Below, piece by piece: positions 37,637 through 51,263 of a stretch of DNA of 64,000 nucleotides. A program made the position numbers and the translations under genes. Every line of letters begins with the position of its first letter. Position 1 is the stretch's first letter. The stretch comes from Octopus sinensis (lineage: Eukaryota): positions 20,088,001-20,152,000 of the forward strand of contig NC_043009.1 in NCBI RefSeq assembly GCF_006345805.1. Direction: 5' to 3'. The notes beneath the pieces were generated by a model that did no database searches, was not told the DNA's origin, and saw only the letters and a list, made by a program, of their open reading frames with translations.

Positions 37637-40600
37637 ATTAGGTTCATTTATGGGAAATGTTTTTGTGGACCCATATAAAAGCTCCTATCTTATTATGTTG
37701 GCTACGTCCAAGTGATTCCAACCTGAAACAGCTGTTTTATGGGATTGTACTGAGCTGTGCCGACATAGCGTAGCAATAATATAGTAGAAATGATAACAAT
37801 GATCAAAGGATGGAATTTATTAATACTTATAAATTCCATCCATGGATTATTATTATTATTGTTATTACTACTACTACTACTACTATATAGTAAAGGTGCA
37901 TGTCCTATTATTACTATATATAATATACAAACTTACTGTTAACAAAAGTCGGGATGCATGGCGTTCAATTATTCCATAAATGAAAAATTCATTAAGTACC
38001 ACAAAACATACATGTAGGACAGACCCAAGGACCATAATCTTTCCTATATATATATATATACTGGATCATTCCATAAATAATGCAGTTTTTTCAATTTTCA
38101 ATTGCATAAACTAAAAGTCAGAGGGGGACGGGATAAACTACCTGCATCAACTTGCTATAAAAACAGGTAGTAATTTTACTTTGTACTTGTTCTTAGTGCA
38201 AGTTTTGACGAGTGCAGTTCGATTTTAAAAGTTATTTTTCCAAAACTATAATGGAAGTGACAAAGGAGCATGTTCGCCATATTTTGCTTTATGAGTTCAA
38301 TAATTTGCCCAGCTCATGAGGGGATTGAACCAAGGATTACTATGGATGTAGAGAAACCACTTTAACCACTCAACCATCACAATTAATGACACTAATTATT
38401 AAAAGCGTTTGACTACAAGTCTGCCTCAGTTCTCACTTACCTTATATTTAAACCAATAAAATTAGTATAACTGAATATATAGTCACCACCAATAAACATT
38501 CCAATGTATGTAACTAACAGATTCTGAAATGGAAACAGGACAACCAGAAATTAATAGTAATTAACAGACTAAGTGAAATTTGGCTAAATTAACATTTGTC
38601 AATTTCAGTTTATGCTAATTATTTGAAATGATTAAAATATTTGACCTTTATAAAAATGAAACCATTATAAGTGATATTTAAAACGGTGTGTGTGTGAAAA
38701 AGTGCTAGTTTAGAATTGGTCTGATCAGCTGCACCTGCACCAAGTGCACTCATTGAAATGCTAATACTTAAGTGTGACAGACAACTAAATGCACAAACAC
38801 AAATGTGTAGGGCTCTGGCTGTTGTGTGCAGGGAATACTAAAAAAGGGACAAAAAGGACTCAACACTGGAAATAGAGTAAAATAATAAAGTCCAGATATT
38901 GTAAATTTGTGTGGTTTTTGAATGTTTAATGTGTGTCTTCTGTACTGTATTTGTAGAAGATATTTCATAAAATGTAATGGTCAAGATACAGAAGGACCAC
39001 ATGTGTCTTGTTAGGCTTCAGCAGATCTCCACCACAATCTGATCAATGAATGTTCAGTTAAATATTACAATATCTGAGCTGATATCATCATCATCATCAT
39101 TTTAATATCCACTTTTTCATGCTTGCAGGGGTCATACGGTATTTGTTGAGGCTGATTTTCTGTTGCCAGATCCCATTTCTGTTGTCAATCCTCACCTATT
39201 TCCACATAGGGTAGTATTTCCCCTTAATCAGACAAGTCTTCAAGGAAGATTGGAAATGAACAGAACACCACCTATATGACGGTGGCACTTGTTTACAACT
39301 GTCACATGACGTCAAGACAAAAAGATACAAACACATACACATATTACATGTTATCATCACTATCATCATCTCGCATCCATCTTCCATGCTGGCATGGATG
39401 GATGGTCTGACAAGACCAGGCAAAGCCAGAGAATGGCACCAGGCTCCACTGTCTGCTCTGGCATGGTTTTTAGGGGGTCTGATGCCCCTTTTTAACCCCA
39501 ACCACATTACAGATGCTTTTTACATGGCACCAGCACTGGCAGGGGTCAGCAAATAACTTGCAAGACAAAAACCCCCTGACTGGGAGAGGGGGTGGTAATC
39601 AGGGAGGTGGCTTTGTGCCAGTCGATGAGAGGTTAATGTACAACAGAAGCATAGACATAGGTGCCTTGCTATAGAAGAGATACTTGGCTCCCCCAGTCAG
39701 AGGAGTTAGGGAAAAAGGTAGAGAGAGATGATGGAGGAAATGTGTTGGAATAATGGTACAATGGGGATTAACATAAGAGGTAAAGAGGATTGGGGAAAGA
39801 GGATAGAGGGGGATGTTTCATAAAAGTGTGAGGGGAAATGGTTAGAGATGGTTAGAGAGGTAATTCTAATGGTGAGGAAAATAATACTGTATGTATAGTG
39901 TAGTGTATAAACAACATGTTATTTTATATTATATTGTAAATATATATAAGTTGCTATTGTATAAAGTTCTCTCGGGTTGCCAGCTCCTGTCAAACCATCC
40001 AACCCATGCCAGCATGAAAAACAGACATGATGGTAAGGTTCTTCTGTAGACAATACTGTATATACTTTGTCCTGTTCCTATTTCCAACCTGACAGAAATC
40101 AGCACAGACACCCCAACTCATTGAATAAATCTACAGACTATCACCATTTCAGTAAATTCTTGTTCATAGAAGTTAATTCTTTTTATGTTATAAAGTAGAT
40201 GGTTAAAACATTTTCAACAATTCCATTGAATAAATAAAAATTGCTGAAGCATCTTACCTTAATCACACCAACAATAGTTGTTGTTAGAGCAGAGTTATAA
40301 GATGTACAGAGAACAATGGAGAAGTTAAGAATAAAACCCATAATACAAGACATTAAGAAACAAGCAATAAATACAGGATCGGACCAATGTGGGAAAGAAA
40401 TTATCTGAAAATAAAAAAAAATAAATACAAATAAATTTCTTATGAAAGAGAAAATTGAAAACTTTAAATTTACAAATTTAAATATTGAAAATTTTTACAT
40501 AAAATTGCATATACAACAAAATGAGTATAGCAACATGTATACAATAACATGGAGATAATACCATCAAAATGTATACAACTGTATACAAAATGTATACAAT

Positions 40601-43600
40601 AAGGTGTATACAATAACATATGTACCATAACATGTAAACGATAAATGACATTCATTTGTTTATATTAATAAAACTGAAAATTTGCTGTTTTTCTCTTATG
40701 AAAAGAATTTTTTTGAAATAATTCTACATTTCTATGTAGAATAGTAAGTTATCTGATCTACTCGCTGTGGAGAAGACAGCAAAAGAGTTTTATGAAGAAC
40801 TGCCAGTGATATCTATTGCATCAGTCACTCTATGCCATAAAGTTTTTTTCGCCTGTGTGATGACTTCATGCCAAGCCAAGAGGCAATCCAGGGACTGAGG
40901 ATGCCAAAATTCACAACAGTGACCAACATGAAAAGGTGTCTTTTTGGCATTGATTTGAACCAAGTCATCTTCCATTCCTCTGTTGAAAATTCAGACATTT
41001 ATCTATAATATTGCAGAAGATTTTAGAGGTGTATTTACCAGGAAAAGTGAATTGATCCAAAAACACGTGTTGAAAGTAAAACAATTACAGCATCTGTGAC
41101 TATCTGTGACCTGGTGACTGACACGGTTCCATTATAACTGAATCCATGTCAGTGACCGGGTTGCAGTTGATGCCAAATAATAACTGTTTCAGTGAAGTTA
41201 ATAATTTTGTGAGGTTTTTGAAGGTTTAATGTGTGTCTTCTATACTGTATTTGGAGTAGATATTTCATAAAATGGAATGGTCAAGATACAGAAGGACCAC
41301 ATTATAAGAGATTGGAGTGGTAGGGTGTGCAAATATTATACACAATGGAAAGGTACCAATATTTCCCATTTAATGAAGAAATCTGCAACAAGTAATGCCA
41401 TCCTCCTCCTCTTCTGTTTAAGATGACAGCAACAATAATGATTGTTACTTGACAGGGCGTTAACTTCACAAATTTTGGATCATTGTACTCTTGGTTCAAA
41501 TCTTGTAGAGGTCAACTTTTCTTTTTATTCTTTAGGGGTTAATAGACAAAGTACCAGTTGTGTATTTGGGTTAATTTTTTCCTCTCTTTGGTCTTTTTCT
41601 GGAGGAAGTCAACTGAAATGACAGGGATGGAAGCTGCAAGGCTTATTTGTCCAAGACACACTATATGTCACAATGGCAACTTTATGATTCCATCAGAGGC
41701 TGTGAGTGTGTGGGAGACCAAAGCATGCCATGTACTCTCCACAGACCTTCACTCTCAAATCCTGTAAAACATATTCTGTGTGTGTGATGTTATAATTACA
41801 ATAGTAAAAAAACTCATAATATAATGTGAAGACTGGAAAGTTCTTTCTTGGAACCAGGTTAATAATATTTAGGTTAACTTTAACACCTCATTAAATAATG
41901 GGCCGAAACACTGAGAGCTGTAAACAGCTGAGTCCAATATTTTACAGCATTAATACAATAATAAAGGTCAAATGTTCTTTATTATTTTCTTTAATTGTAT
42001 TCTAAATTTTGAAAAAGCTTGAGATGACATCAGACATCGTAAAACATTCACCAATGAAACATTTTGGCTCAGGGTGGTCAGCTATTAAAAAAAATAAATG
42101 TGTCAGTCCTATCTTGGAAAGAAAACAGAATGAAATAGCAAAACAATGTGTGTGTGCATGTGTGTGTGTGTGTGCATGCCCCCTTTATATTGCAAAAACA
42201 AAATGTAAAACGTTTCTGGAGATGTTCTTTGGATTCTGCTAATCCATTGCTCTAATGCTGCTGATGATAATCCTTTCTACTAATAGACACAAAGCCTGAA
42301 ATTTGTGGGAAGGAGGCTCGTGGATTATCTCGACTTCAATACTCAACTGATAGTTGTTATATTGATCTTGAAAGGATGAAAGGGCAAAGTTGACTTTAGC
42401 AGCATTTGAACTCAGAACATCATTAATTGGAAGAAATGCCTAGCAACACTTTGTCCGGTGTGCTAATATTTCTGTCAGCTCACTGCACTTAATAATAATG
42501 CTTTCAAATTTTGGCACAAGGCCAGCAATTTTAGGGGGAAGGGCTAAGTTGATTACATCAACCCCAGTATTCAACTGGTACTTTATTTTCTTGATCCTAG
42601 AGGGATGAAAGGCAAAGTTGACCTCAGCAGGATTTGAACTCGGAAAGTAAAGACCTTAAGAAATGCCACTAAGCATTTTGTCCAAACAGGTTAATGGCTC
42701 TGCCTTAAATAATAATAATAAAAATAACAATGGACTCTTCCACTGAAGACAACATATGAGTGTTCAGTGTTTTCTGAACGACCTCCACAAATGGTTTGTT
42801 CCCAGTGATCAAATGTATGTGCTGTACATTAGCTCACTCTGTCAAATCGACATTACCTGTACAGGTGCACAAAAGTGCCCCACGTCAGGTGTCGAAATGA
42901 TTGCAGAGCAACATGAAAGAGTTTTGCTTGAGAATACAATGTATATCTCAGTTCAGGAATTGAACACATGATGTAGCAATCGGGAGTGCAACACTAGGCC
43001 ATGCGCAAGAAGAACAAGAAGAAAAGGTGATCTCAATAACGAAGTGATTTGTAAATAGATTAATGTTAATTCAAAAAATAAAATATTTTAATCTAAAAAA
43101 ATTGATACTTACATCTTCTAAACCTCCAGTAAACTTTGCAATTATTGTCGCTGGAATAAGCATAAATAAACTATTGTAGAACAGCAAACCATTCTTTCCA
43201 AGTTCCTGAAAAATATAAAGATAAAAAGACATTTAAAAAAAAATATTGTCACTAATTTTGTAAATATAATTCTATAAATAACTAATTTTTAAAAATGTTT
43301 ATTTTTATTTGAGATATGTTTTGTTTGTTGCTCAACCCCAAGTCAACCCTGGTTGACAGACCTATGATCAAAGACACTAGCTGTGACCAACCTATCACTT
43401 TAGGGTGTCTGCAAGATTATTTAATGGACTCCTTTATGATGTGATTTGAGGGAAATTTGCTGCTGTTTTTACCAGGTCTGTCATATCATAGAAGCTCTGT
43501 CATTGGTTTAGACAAATTTCCTATTATGTGATTGTGTGAAAATATTTCAAACATTTTCTTAGCAAAATTAATTAGTAATGCATCAAATTTCATTTTTTCT

Positions 43601-45154
43601 CAGAAATATCCTGGAAATTTTAACCAAGCTGCAAGCAATAATTCCATTTTCAAACTAAACTAATCCACTGTTAAAAGTTGTACCATAGCTACACTTGAAG
43701 GAGAGGTTCATTTTTATAAGTAATATAAAATTCGCCCAAGAATTTATTTAAAGTTTTCCCTCATAAAATCCCTACTCATTTGGAATGTTTTACAGGAATA
43801 TAAAATCCTAATTTAGCTCAAAATCAATAATATTGATTTGTACTCAAGAATGGGGAGGCATAATTAATCACATCAACTCCCAATAATTGACTGACCCAAG
43901 GAAAATAAAAGACAAAACTAGTGTCTGTCAGATTTGAACAAATTACCTAAAGGACCATAACTAACCACTGCAACAATTCTGTCCAACACAAATAATTCTG
44001 TCAATCCACAACTACTCATGATTATTTAACCCTGGGATGGTCTACATTGAGCAAATCTGTGATAAAATGCATTCCTATAGTGACCATCTTGCCTCTCTAT
44101 ATGTATAAAACTACACTGTCAAATGTCTTTTGCATTTTTTAAGATGGCATGATGCAATTTGAGGGATACTTACTGCTATTTTTAGCAGGTTTAGGAGGAC
44201 CATCAGATTATTTCATCAAAGAATGTCAGTCCACATTCTGAACTTTAGACTATTTCTAAACTATGTGGTTAAAGATTCCATGTTTGAAGTATGTGATATC
44301 TGCTGGACAATAAATTTATCATACACAAACCTATGACTGCTAGGAGTTGACCATATTCTGGTACACACAGACATAATTATGTCTTGACCACAGGAGACCA
44401 CAAAAACCATAAAGAACATCTGAAATACTGACTAATTATTAAAGCCAATTAAGAAAATGTAAAAATTCCACCCAAGCCAACTCCCAATTCCACACAGATT
44501 GGTCCCAATTTAAAATGTTTACATTTTATCACAAAGAAGCATTGCCTGGGGAAAATGGGGGGGGAGGGTCAATATTGTTGTATAGCTCCATGCGTGAGGG
44601 TGGGTATTATTGTATAGTCTTAAGTCAGCCCTAATACTGCAGAATTATGATAAAAGGTAGTTCAGGCATGATCCATCTTGTCTTTCAGTATCTCTAGAGT
44701 TTCAGTGTCCTACTTGACCCGCCTTTTTTGAGACAGCAATGTGGGATTTGACAGAGATCAGGTCGTTATTTTTAGCAGGTTGAACAACTGCAATGAGACT
44801 GTCATGAAAACTCCACAACAAAGAATACTCCCTACCAATACTGAACAGGAGTAGTCCCTACTTAAACAATACTCACACTGACTAAAGTTTCACAGATAGG
44901 ATATGTTGAGTGAGAGTATGAGGAATGCACTGATATCTTGAGTGTCACTCATGTCAGAAGAGTACACTTAATGATGAGTCACTACTGATTCTTACAGGTA
45001 TTCATACTCCCAGGAGTATGAATACCAGTTCAGGGTGATAAATACCCCTGATCAGTGGGACTGAGGAGTAGCCAACACAACAGTTGAGAGAGAGAGAGAT
45101 GGAGAAAAGAGAGGAGAGATAAAGGACAAAGAGGAAGAGAGGGTAGGGAGGAGA

Positions 45155-45205
<51 letters not shown>

Positions 45206-48200
45206 GAGAAAGCAGAGGAATCAAACAAGCTGAAGTTCTTACCTTTGCATCTAATTTCTTTTTTGTATAAACACCATTCAAAGCGGTGAAGAAATCATTT
45301 AAAAATATAAAAATATAACCTATAAGGTCAAAGGCCAAATCAGAGCTGGAAAAAAAAGAGAGAAAAACATTAAAATGAAAACTGTAAATACATTTGATAT
45401 AATATATTAACAGGGTTTTCTTGTCGTTTTTTTTTTTATGCCAGAATGGATTAGACAAGACTTCAGAGTCTGGATTCTTTTTCTGTTTCCCACAAGCTGG
45501 ATGCTCTTCCAGTTGCTAACCTTTACCTTTTTCCAAATGAGATAAAATTCCTCCTCCACCACTCCTAAGTCTATTGAACAATAAACAGTCTAGACATGTT
45601 TTGGGGGTGGATTGCACATAAACAACACCATCTGTATGGAGGTGACAGTTTCCAATCAGGGTACACACAGTTTCCAATCAGGGTACAGACAAAGGGCACA
45701 CACACACACACAGGTGGCGATGGTGATGGCATGTTTAGTTGTGATGATGGTAGTTGCTGTAATTGTTGTTCAATGTCACCAATTCCAGTTGCAGCTATTC
45801 TGCCACACTCCTGGAAATTGTAACAAGAATTCGGTATATTTAGATTATTGGGATTAGCTATTTGCTGGAAGAGATGAGAGAAATCCTGTCACTGCAGTCT
45901 GGATGTCTGGATCTATGATTCTGTAATGAGTACTTTTGTGCCAATGTCCACCTTGGTAACCATTCTCTTTATTGTTCCTGACCTGGTAAAGTGTATTGCC
46001 ACAGAATCTGTATGAGGAATTAATTTATTCTGTTAAATCCAGCTACAATCTGGAGAGAGCTGCAGGAATCGTAGAGTATTGAAGTATGAATTATTTTTTT
46101 GTTCCTTCTCGAGCCATGCCTGGCTCATAAGGGCCAGTTTCCCGGTTTCCTTGGCATATAGGTTCCCCACTTGGACAGGACGCCAGTCCGTCGCAGGTGA
46201 GCTGCAAGATGCAGGAGGAAAGAGTGAGAGAAAGTTGTGGCGAAAGAGTCAGCAGAAGTTCGCCACTACCTTCTGCCAGAGCTGCGTGGAGCTTAGGTGT
46301 TTCGCTCATAAACACACACATCACCCGGTCTGAGATTCAAACCCGCAATCCCTCGACCACGAGTCCGCTGCTCTAACCATTAGGCCATGTGCCTCCACAT
46401 GAGGTATGAATTCATTGGTGCTGATTGAGGATGGGAAGATGGACATTAATTCTAGGCAGTTGTCACTTTGCAAAAACCTTTCCAGTCAAACTGAGAATGG
46501 TTTGTCTGATACTGAGTCAGAAAAGAAATAATAGTTGAGGATTCACAGATTTGATAGGGTTTTACAGAGAAATCAAGCCTAGTTGTTAGGTCAATAAGAC
46601 CAAACTTACCAAGATCCTTCAGAAGAATTAAATTGAAATAATCCAAAACTCATCTCTGGTTTTGAAATTTTTCTGATTTGTTATTAGTTACTATGACAAC
46701 AGTGTTGTTGCTGTTGTAGTAGTTGGTGGTGGTGGTGATGGCTATAGTAGTGGTGGTTATGGTGGTGGTGATGTTAGATGTGATACATCTTAGCTGCTGA
46801 AGAGGGTCAGTACCCAAAGCTTTAGTGGGAGAAGTGGCAGGGTTCCTTAACTGGTGAAACCACAAAGGCTGACTTTCAGCTAAACCTTCGGCAAGTTGTG
46901 TGCAGCATAAATCTGTGTCTGGAGGGATTGAAAGGTTGGGGGGGGGGGGTGCAGAATGTGTTTAGTGGAGGGTGTGAGAGAAGGTAGGGATGAGGAGATG
47001 ATGGGTTTGAGCTAGGACTTGACCAGTTTCAAAGAGTGTCCTGCAGAGGTTATGGACACTGCTCACTTCTGAAGAAGCAAAAGCAAAAAGAGAGACTTGT
47101 CAGTGGTTGAAGATTTACTAATTAGTGGTGATGGTATGGATAATTATGAAGAAAATTTAAAAATACTGAAATTGGTTAAAAAAAAAGAAAAGAAAGAAAA
47201 GAAAAAGCTCACCTTGCTGCTACTAGGGCACCAAATATCATCAAGAATACTGTAAGTTGCACATATGTTTGGGCTCTGGTTCTAAATGCAGAAACAAAGA
47301 GAAAAGAAAAAAGAACATTGAAAGTGAGTTAATAAAAAGATATATTTTTATAAATCTATTAAATTGTTAAAAATCACAATATAAAATAACGTAAACTGTT
47401 ATTAATAAAAAATGTGAAGATCAAATATCTTTTCAACTGATTTCTTTTGGCTCCAAACCAATTCCATCAGTTCACAAGTTCTATAAAAGAGAGGTGTGAC
47501 ACGAAAGAGGTGTGATGTTGTGAATGAACAACAGACTACAATTGATCTGAAAGATAAGCTGAATATAAGAGGAATCCGAAGTAGAGAGAGAAAGAGGAAA
47601 GACTACACTGATATGAGAGATGACATCTAAATGAAATGGTACAGGACACTGAAAATGGATAAAATGAGACAAAGAGGGAAATCTAGAAAGACATGGAACA
47701 AAGCGGTTATGTTGAGGTCTGGGATTGGATCTTAAAAGTGAAATGTAAGAAGTGAGAAAGTAAATCTAATGCTGTGTATTCAGAGAGAATGTTCCATGTT
47801 TATTACATGTTGACAGGACAAGATATATTCCAGAAATTTCTGGTATTTAGAAGAGTTAAAGAAGTTTTTCTTTTCAATATGTGTAAGTGTTTACAAGAAA
47901 CTTTACATACTTTTGCAAGATTTTGCTTGTAACTGTTAATTTCAATTTAATTTCTCCTTTACATTTGTTCAATTCCCAGTAAAATTATTTTGGCAGAAAT
48001 AAAGAAAAATGAATTTCTTTTAATATAAAACCTTCAAAAATATGAAATGAATTTTGGGGAAATAATTTCCTTAAAGACAAACTTTTACTTTCTTCAATTC
48101 CAATATGTTTGTACGAACAAAAATCTAAAATATTCCACTTGTTTAATTGCAAGGCTTAGCAGAATCGGTTTTAAAGATGCCAGGAATATGAATGAAGCCT

Positions 48201-50103
48201 AATAATACTTACTTTAATATAAAATATTCTAAAATCATGGTAAATAGAATTGAAAATCTTCTCAGCACAGTGAACATGGGCAAACTGCAAAGACAAACAG
48301 AGATTCATAAGTTGAGGGGATTCCACACACACACACACACATCCCATATACTTCCACACAATTCCTGCCACCGCTATCACCACCTCCACCCCTATTATTA
48401 TGACAAGCAACTACAAATCCCCCTCCCCCCTTCTATGTCCCAAATCAATCTCGTTAAACAAGAAAACACCAAATAAAATTGCTTCCAAATCACTTTTAAA
48501 AGGTTTTCAATCCATTCCCTGACAAATATTAATTAAACCAGATAATTAAGACAAATTCAGTATTAGTAAACACTGCCTAATTAATTAATAATCAAAAATG
48601 AAAACAATTATTTTTTTCAAATAATCAATGCAAATAGAATTCCACTTTAATTAAACATCGTTAAAAATGGATTTAGATATGATGTTAATGAGTTTCTTCC
48701 TTATCAGGTTGAGTTCAGATCCATAGGACTTTCCTCTCTTCCTTCCAACTCCATCTTCCATTCCATGTGATTGTTACGTCCCCTTGGACACAGGCATTGT
48801 AGCCTCTTCATTGATGGCTGTAGATCTTTAAACATTGACCAATACAATTACAATCATGTCCACTTTGATCAAACTCCTCCTCCTCATTCTTCCTGCAATG
48901 TCCATCAAAGTGACCCCGCCCCCCTGCCATCTCTGATGATTTCTGATACTTTATGAAGATTATTGTAGAATCTTTCTTTTGTGGAATGTCTTTCCAGGAT
49001 ACATTCCAAATGGTAAGAAGGACGTGTGTAGAAGTGCCATCCAGCAGAGTTTCACACCCTCTGGTTGGTGTCCAAATAGAAGACTAAAGCAACACAGATT
49101 CAACCACCCCAGAGAAGAAGTTCCTTTCCAGATTCTCTCAGAGTTCAGGCTTCCATACCATTCTGAGATAGTGCTGCCAAGGTTTTACTGATATGGTGCT
49201 TAATCATCATCATTTAGCATCTGTTGTCCATGCTGACATGGGTTGGACGGTTTGACCAGGGCTGGCTAGCTGGAAAGCCACACCAGACTCCAGTTTGATT
49301 AGGCATGGTTTCGATGGCTGCATGCCCTTCCTAACGCCAACCACTCTGAGAGTGTAATGGGTGCCTTTATGTGCCCCTGTAGACAATATATTGCTCTTGG
49401 AGTACATGAAGGAATTTACAACTTCTTTTCCTTTTTTTTTGAACTTCCAAACAATGATGTGATCCCACCTTCCATTTGACACCTGTTGCCATAGAAACCA
49501 ATGACCCCCCAATACATTCTTCCAGATTTTGAAATAAGGAAATAGTTCCTGCACTCATCGCTGACATTACAGCAAAGTCATCAACATAATCTGCATGTTA
49601 TTGAAGAGTTTGGGACAGTGTATGGGTGTGGCCTAGGGAGAGGTGGAGGGAAATAGATTATGAAATGATTGGAATGGGAAATGTCAGAAGAGATAACGAG
49701 CTACAGAGGAAAGCACTCTAGCCTCTGTCTTACAAACATGTAGCATTAACATGTAGGAAGCCATGTACAAGGACATCTATCTCCATCAGTTTCTAGATTA
49801 ATTAACATATTGCGGATTGAAAGTTGTTTAAACTATTTCTCCAGGTTTTAAATGTCTGCTGAGATGAGAGTAAAGCAGATATCCCCTGGCCCCATCATCA
49901 TCATCATTGACAACAAAAACAGTGAGCTGACTGAATCGTTAGCACAACAGACAAAATGCTGATTGTTATTTCTTAGTTTAAATTTCATTTTGCCTTTTCA
50001 TCCCTTCAGGGTCAATGAAATAAGTACCAGTTACACACTGGGGTCAAAGTAATTAACTAACCCCTCCCACAAAATTTCAAGCCTTGAGTCTAAAGCAGAG
50101 AGG

Positions 50104-50134
<31 letters not shown>

Positions 50135-51263
50135 CACCATAATAACGATACTAAAATTAAGACATAAATTCTTTTCCTTTGTTTATTTTTTTCTCTCCAG
50201 GATGTTCATTAAACATAAAATCTTAAAATTTTAGAGAAAAATATATGTTTGGAAGAAATATTTAAAATTTAAAATTCTTCTGAGAAACTGAAGTTGGTAA
50301 AACATTAAATGAAATAAAGAAATAATCTAGTGGAAAGATATCTAAGAATTTTTAAAATCTTACTTCAATTTTTTGGTGCCGCCTAATCCAAACAATAGAT
50401 TTACCACATAGACAATTGGCAAAGGACACACCTAGAAATAAAAACCAATATATTGAGAGGTGAAAATTTATCAGGTAGACAACTGGTAACGAGTGCATGT
50501 AATAACAATAATCAATATATATATATATTGATACAGTTTACAAATAGGCGTAGGAGTGGCTGTGTGGTAAGTAGCTTGCTTACGAACCACATGGTTCCAG
50601 GTTCAGTCCCATTGCGTGGCACCTTGGGCAAGTGTCTTCTACTATAGCCTCAGGCCAACCAAAGCCTTGTGAGTGGATTTGGTAGACGGAAACTGAAAGA
50701 AGCCCGTCATATATATATACATATACATATACATATATATATATGTATGTGTGTGTATATGTTTGTGTGTCTGTGTGTCTGTGTTTGTCCCCCCAACATC
50801 ACTTGACAACCGATGCTGGTGTGTTTACGTCCCTGTAACTTAGCGGTTCGGCAAAAAGAGACCGACAGAATAAGTACTGGGCTTACAAAGAATAAGTCCT
50901 GGGGTTATCAACTGAATGGACCGCAGCAATGTGTCTTGCTCAAAGAATACAACACACTGCCAGGAATCCAACTCACAACCTTCTAATCACAAGCCAAATA
51001 CCCTAACCACTGAGTCACATATCTTCACACTGAGTCAAGATGGGATTCCATAGTAAGTGTAGATAGGAATATCACAAGCATACACTATAAAAAGGGACTA
51101 ATTTGTTCTGAATATTATTATGATTAAATTAATAACAAACTCATTTGAGGTATTTAGAGATTTAATAAAAACTTACCTTTCGAAAAATATCAGATGTAAA
51201 CTCTGGAAATATAACGATATTTAATTCTTTGCCAATAAATAAGACTAAAAGACATGCCACCAT
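34486..51263 (-). CDS. SLC35D1: SLC35D-family nucleotide-sugar transporter (SLC35D1/D2, fringe-connection-like); 9 exons, 5'-partial
   Basis: Exons 51263-51177, 50431-50364, 48284-48213, 47281-47213, 45345-45243, 43205-43113, 40404-40258, 38523-38441 and 34573-34486 are all GT-AG and sum to 810 nt (269 aa + TAG). Hallmarks [33 protein letters not shown] and GGDYIF. D1 versus D2 orthology cannot be resolved by eye. Confidence 0.95.
35981..37425 (-). mobile_element. Non-autonomous piggyBac-like element in the last SLC35D intron
   Basis: TTAA at 35977-35980 and 37426-37429; 12-bp TIR CCCTTTCGTTAC; acidic N-terminal transposase relic [18 protein letters not shown] (37156-36953). Confidence 0.88.
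36103..36486 (-). mobile_element. Non-autonomous Helitron nested in the piggyBac element
   Basis: On the minus strand A|TC...CTAG|T with a subterminal GC-rich hairpin; near-identical reverse copy at 57157-57539. Confidence 0.85.
38061..38303 (+). mobile_element. Mariner 5' end relic
   Basis: Begins after (TA)n with CTGGATCATTCCATAAATAATG; ATG at 38251 gives [17 protein letters not shown], a mariner-type N-terminus. Confidence 0.7.
38441..38523 (-). CDS. SLC35D1: SLC35D exon ([28 protein letters not shown]), 83 bp
   Basis: tttcag / gtaag boundaries. Confidence 0.95.
40258..40404 (-). CDS. SLC35D1: SLC35D exon ([10 protein letters not shown]...[14 protein letters not shown]), 147 bp
   Basis: ttcag / gtaag boundaries. 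Confidence 0.95.
43113..43205 (-). CDS. SLC35D1: SLC35D exon ([31 protein letters not shown]), 93 bp
   Basis: ttcag / gtaag boundaries. Confidence 0.95.
45243..45345 (-). CDS. SLC35D1: SLC35D exon ([34 protein letters not shown]), 103 bp
   Basis: tccag / gtaag boundaries. Confidence 0.96.
46093..46399 (-). mobile_element. tRNA-derived SINE (Arg-TCG-like head), 13-bp TSD
   Basis: Minus strand has A-box TGGCCTAATGG, TCG at the anticodon position and B-box GGTTTGAATC; TSD TGA(A/G)GTATGAATT at 46080-46092 and 46400-46412. Confidence 0.82.
47213..47281 (-). CDS. SLC35D1: SLC35D exon ([23 protein letters not shown]), 69 bp
   Basis: atttag / gtgag boundaries. Confidence 0.93.
48213..48284 (-). 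CDS. SLC35D1: SLC35D exon ([24 protein letters not shown]), 72 bp
   Basis: ttgcag / gtaag boundaries. Confidence 0.96.
50364..50431 (-). CDS. SLC35D1: SLC35D exon ([23 protein letters not shown]), 68 bp
   Basis: ttctag / gtaag boundaries. Confidence 0.95.
50545..50905 (+). mobile_element. tRNA-derived SINE with CORE-like segment
   Basis: A-box TGGCTGTGTGG, B-box GGTTCAGTCCC, then ACCTTGGGCAAGTGTCTT, which resembles the MIR/CORE motif; internal (TA/TG)n. Confidence 0.75.
51177..51263 (-). CDS. SLC35D1: SLC35D exon ([29 protein letters not shown]), 87 bp; internal exon, not the start
   Basis: ctttag / gtaag boundaries; corresponds to the Met-initial third exon of human SLC35D1 as I recall it. 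Confidence 0.93.

Noticed and set aside
38905-39002. H/ACA snoRNA
   Set aside because: Only one hairpin is shared between the two copies; no conserved second hairpin plus ACA box.
40790-40975. 61-aa Cys/His-containing ORF or poison exon in an SLC35D intron
   Set aside because: The donor site is weak, no family is recognisable, and other frames look like a decayed LINE C-terminus.
46330-46399. Functional tRNA-Arg gene
   Set aside because: The tRNA-like part continues into a SINE body with a tail and TSD, and the acceptor stem is not well formed.
51261-51263. ATG as the SLC35D start codon
   Set aside because: It directly follows a polypyrimidine-AG acceptor, and the first transmembrane segments of the family would be missing.
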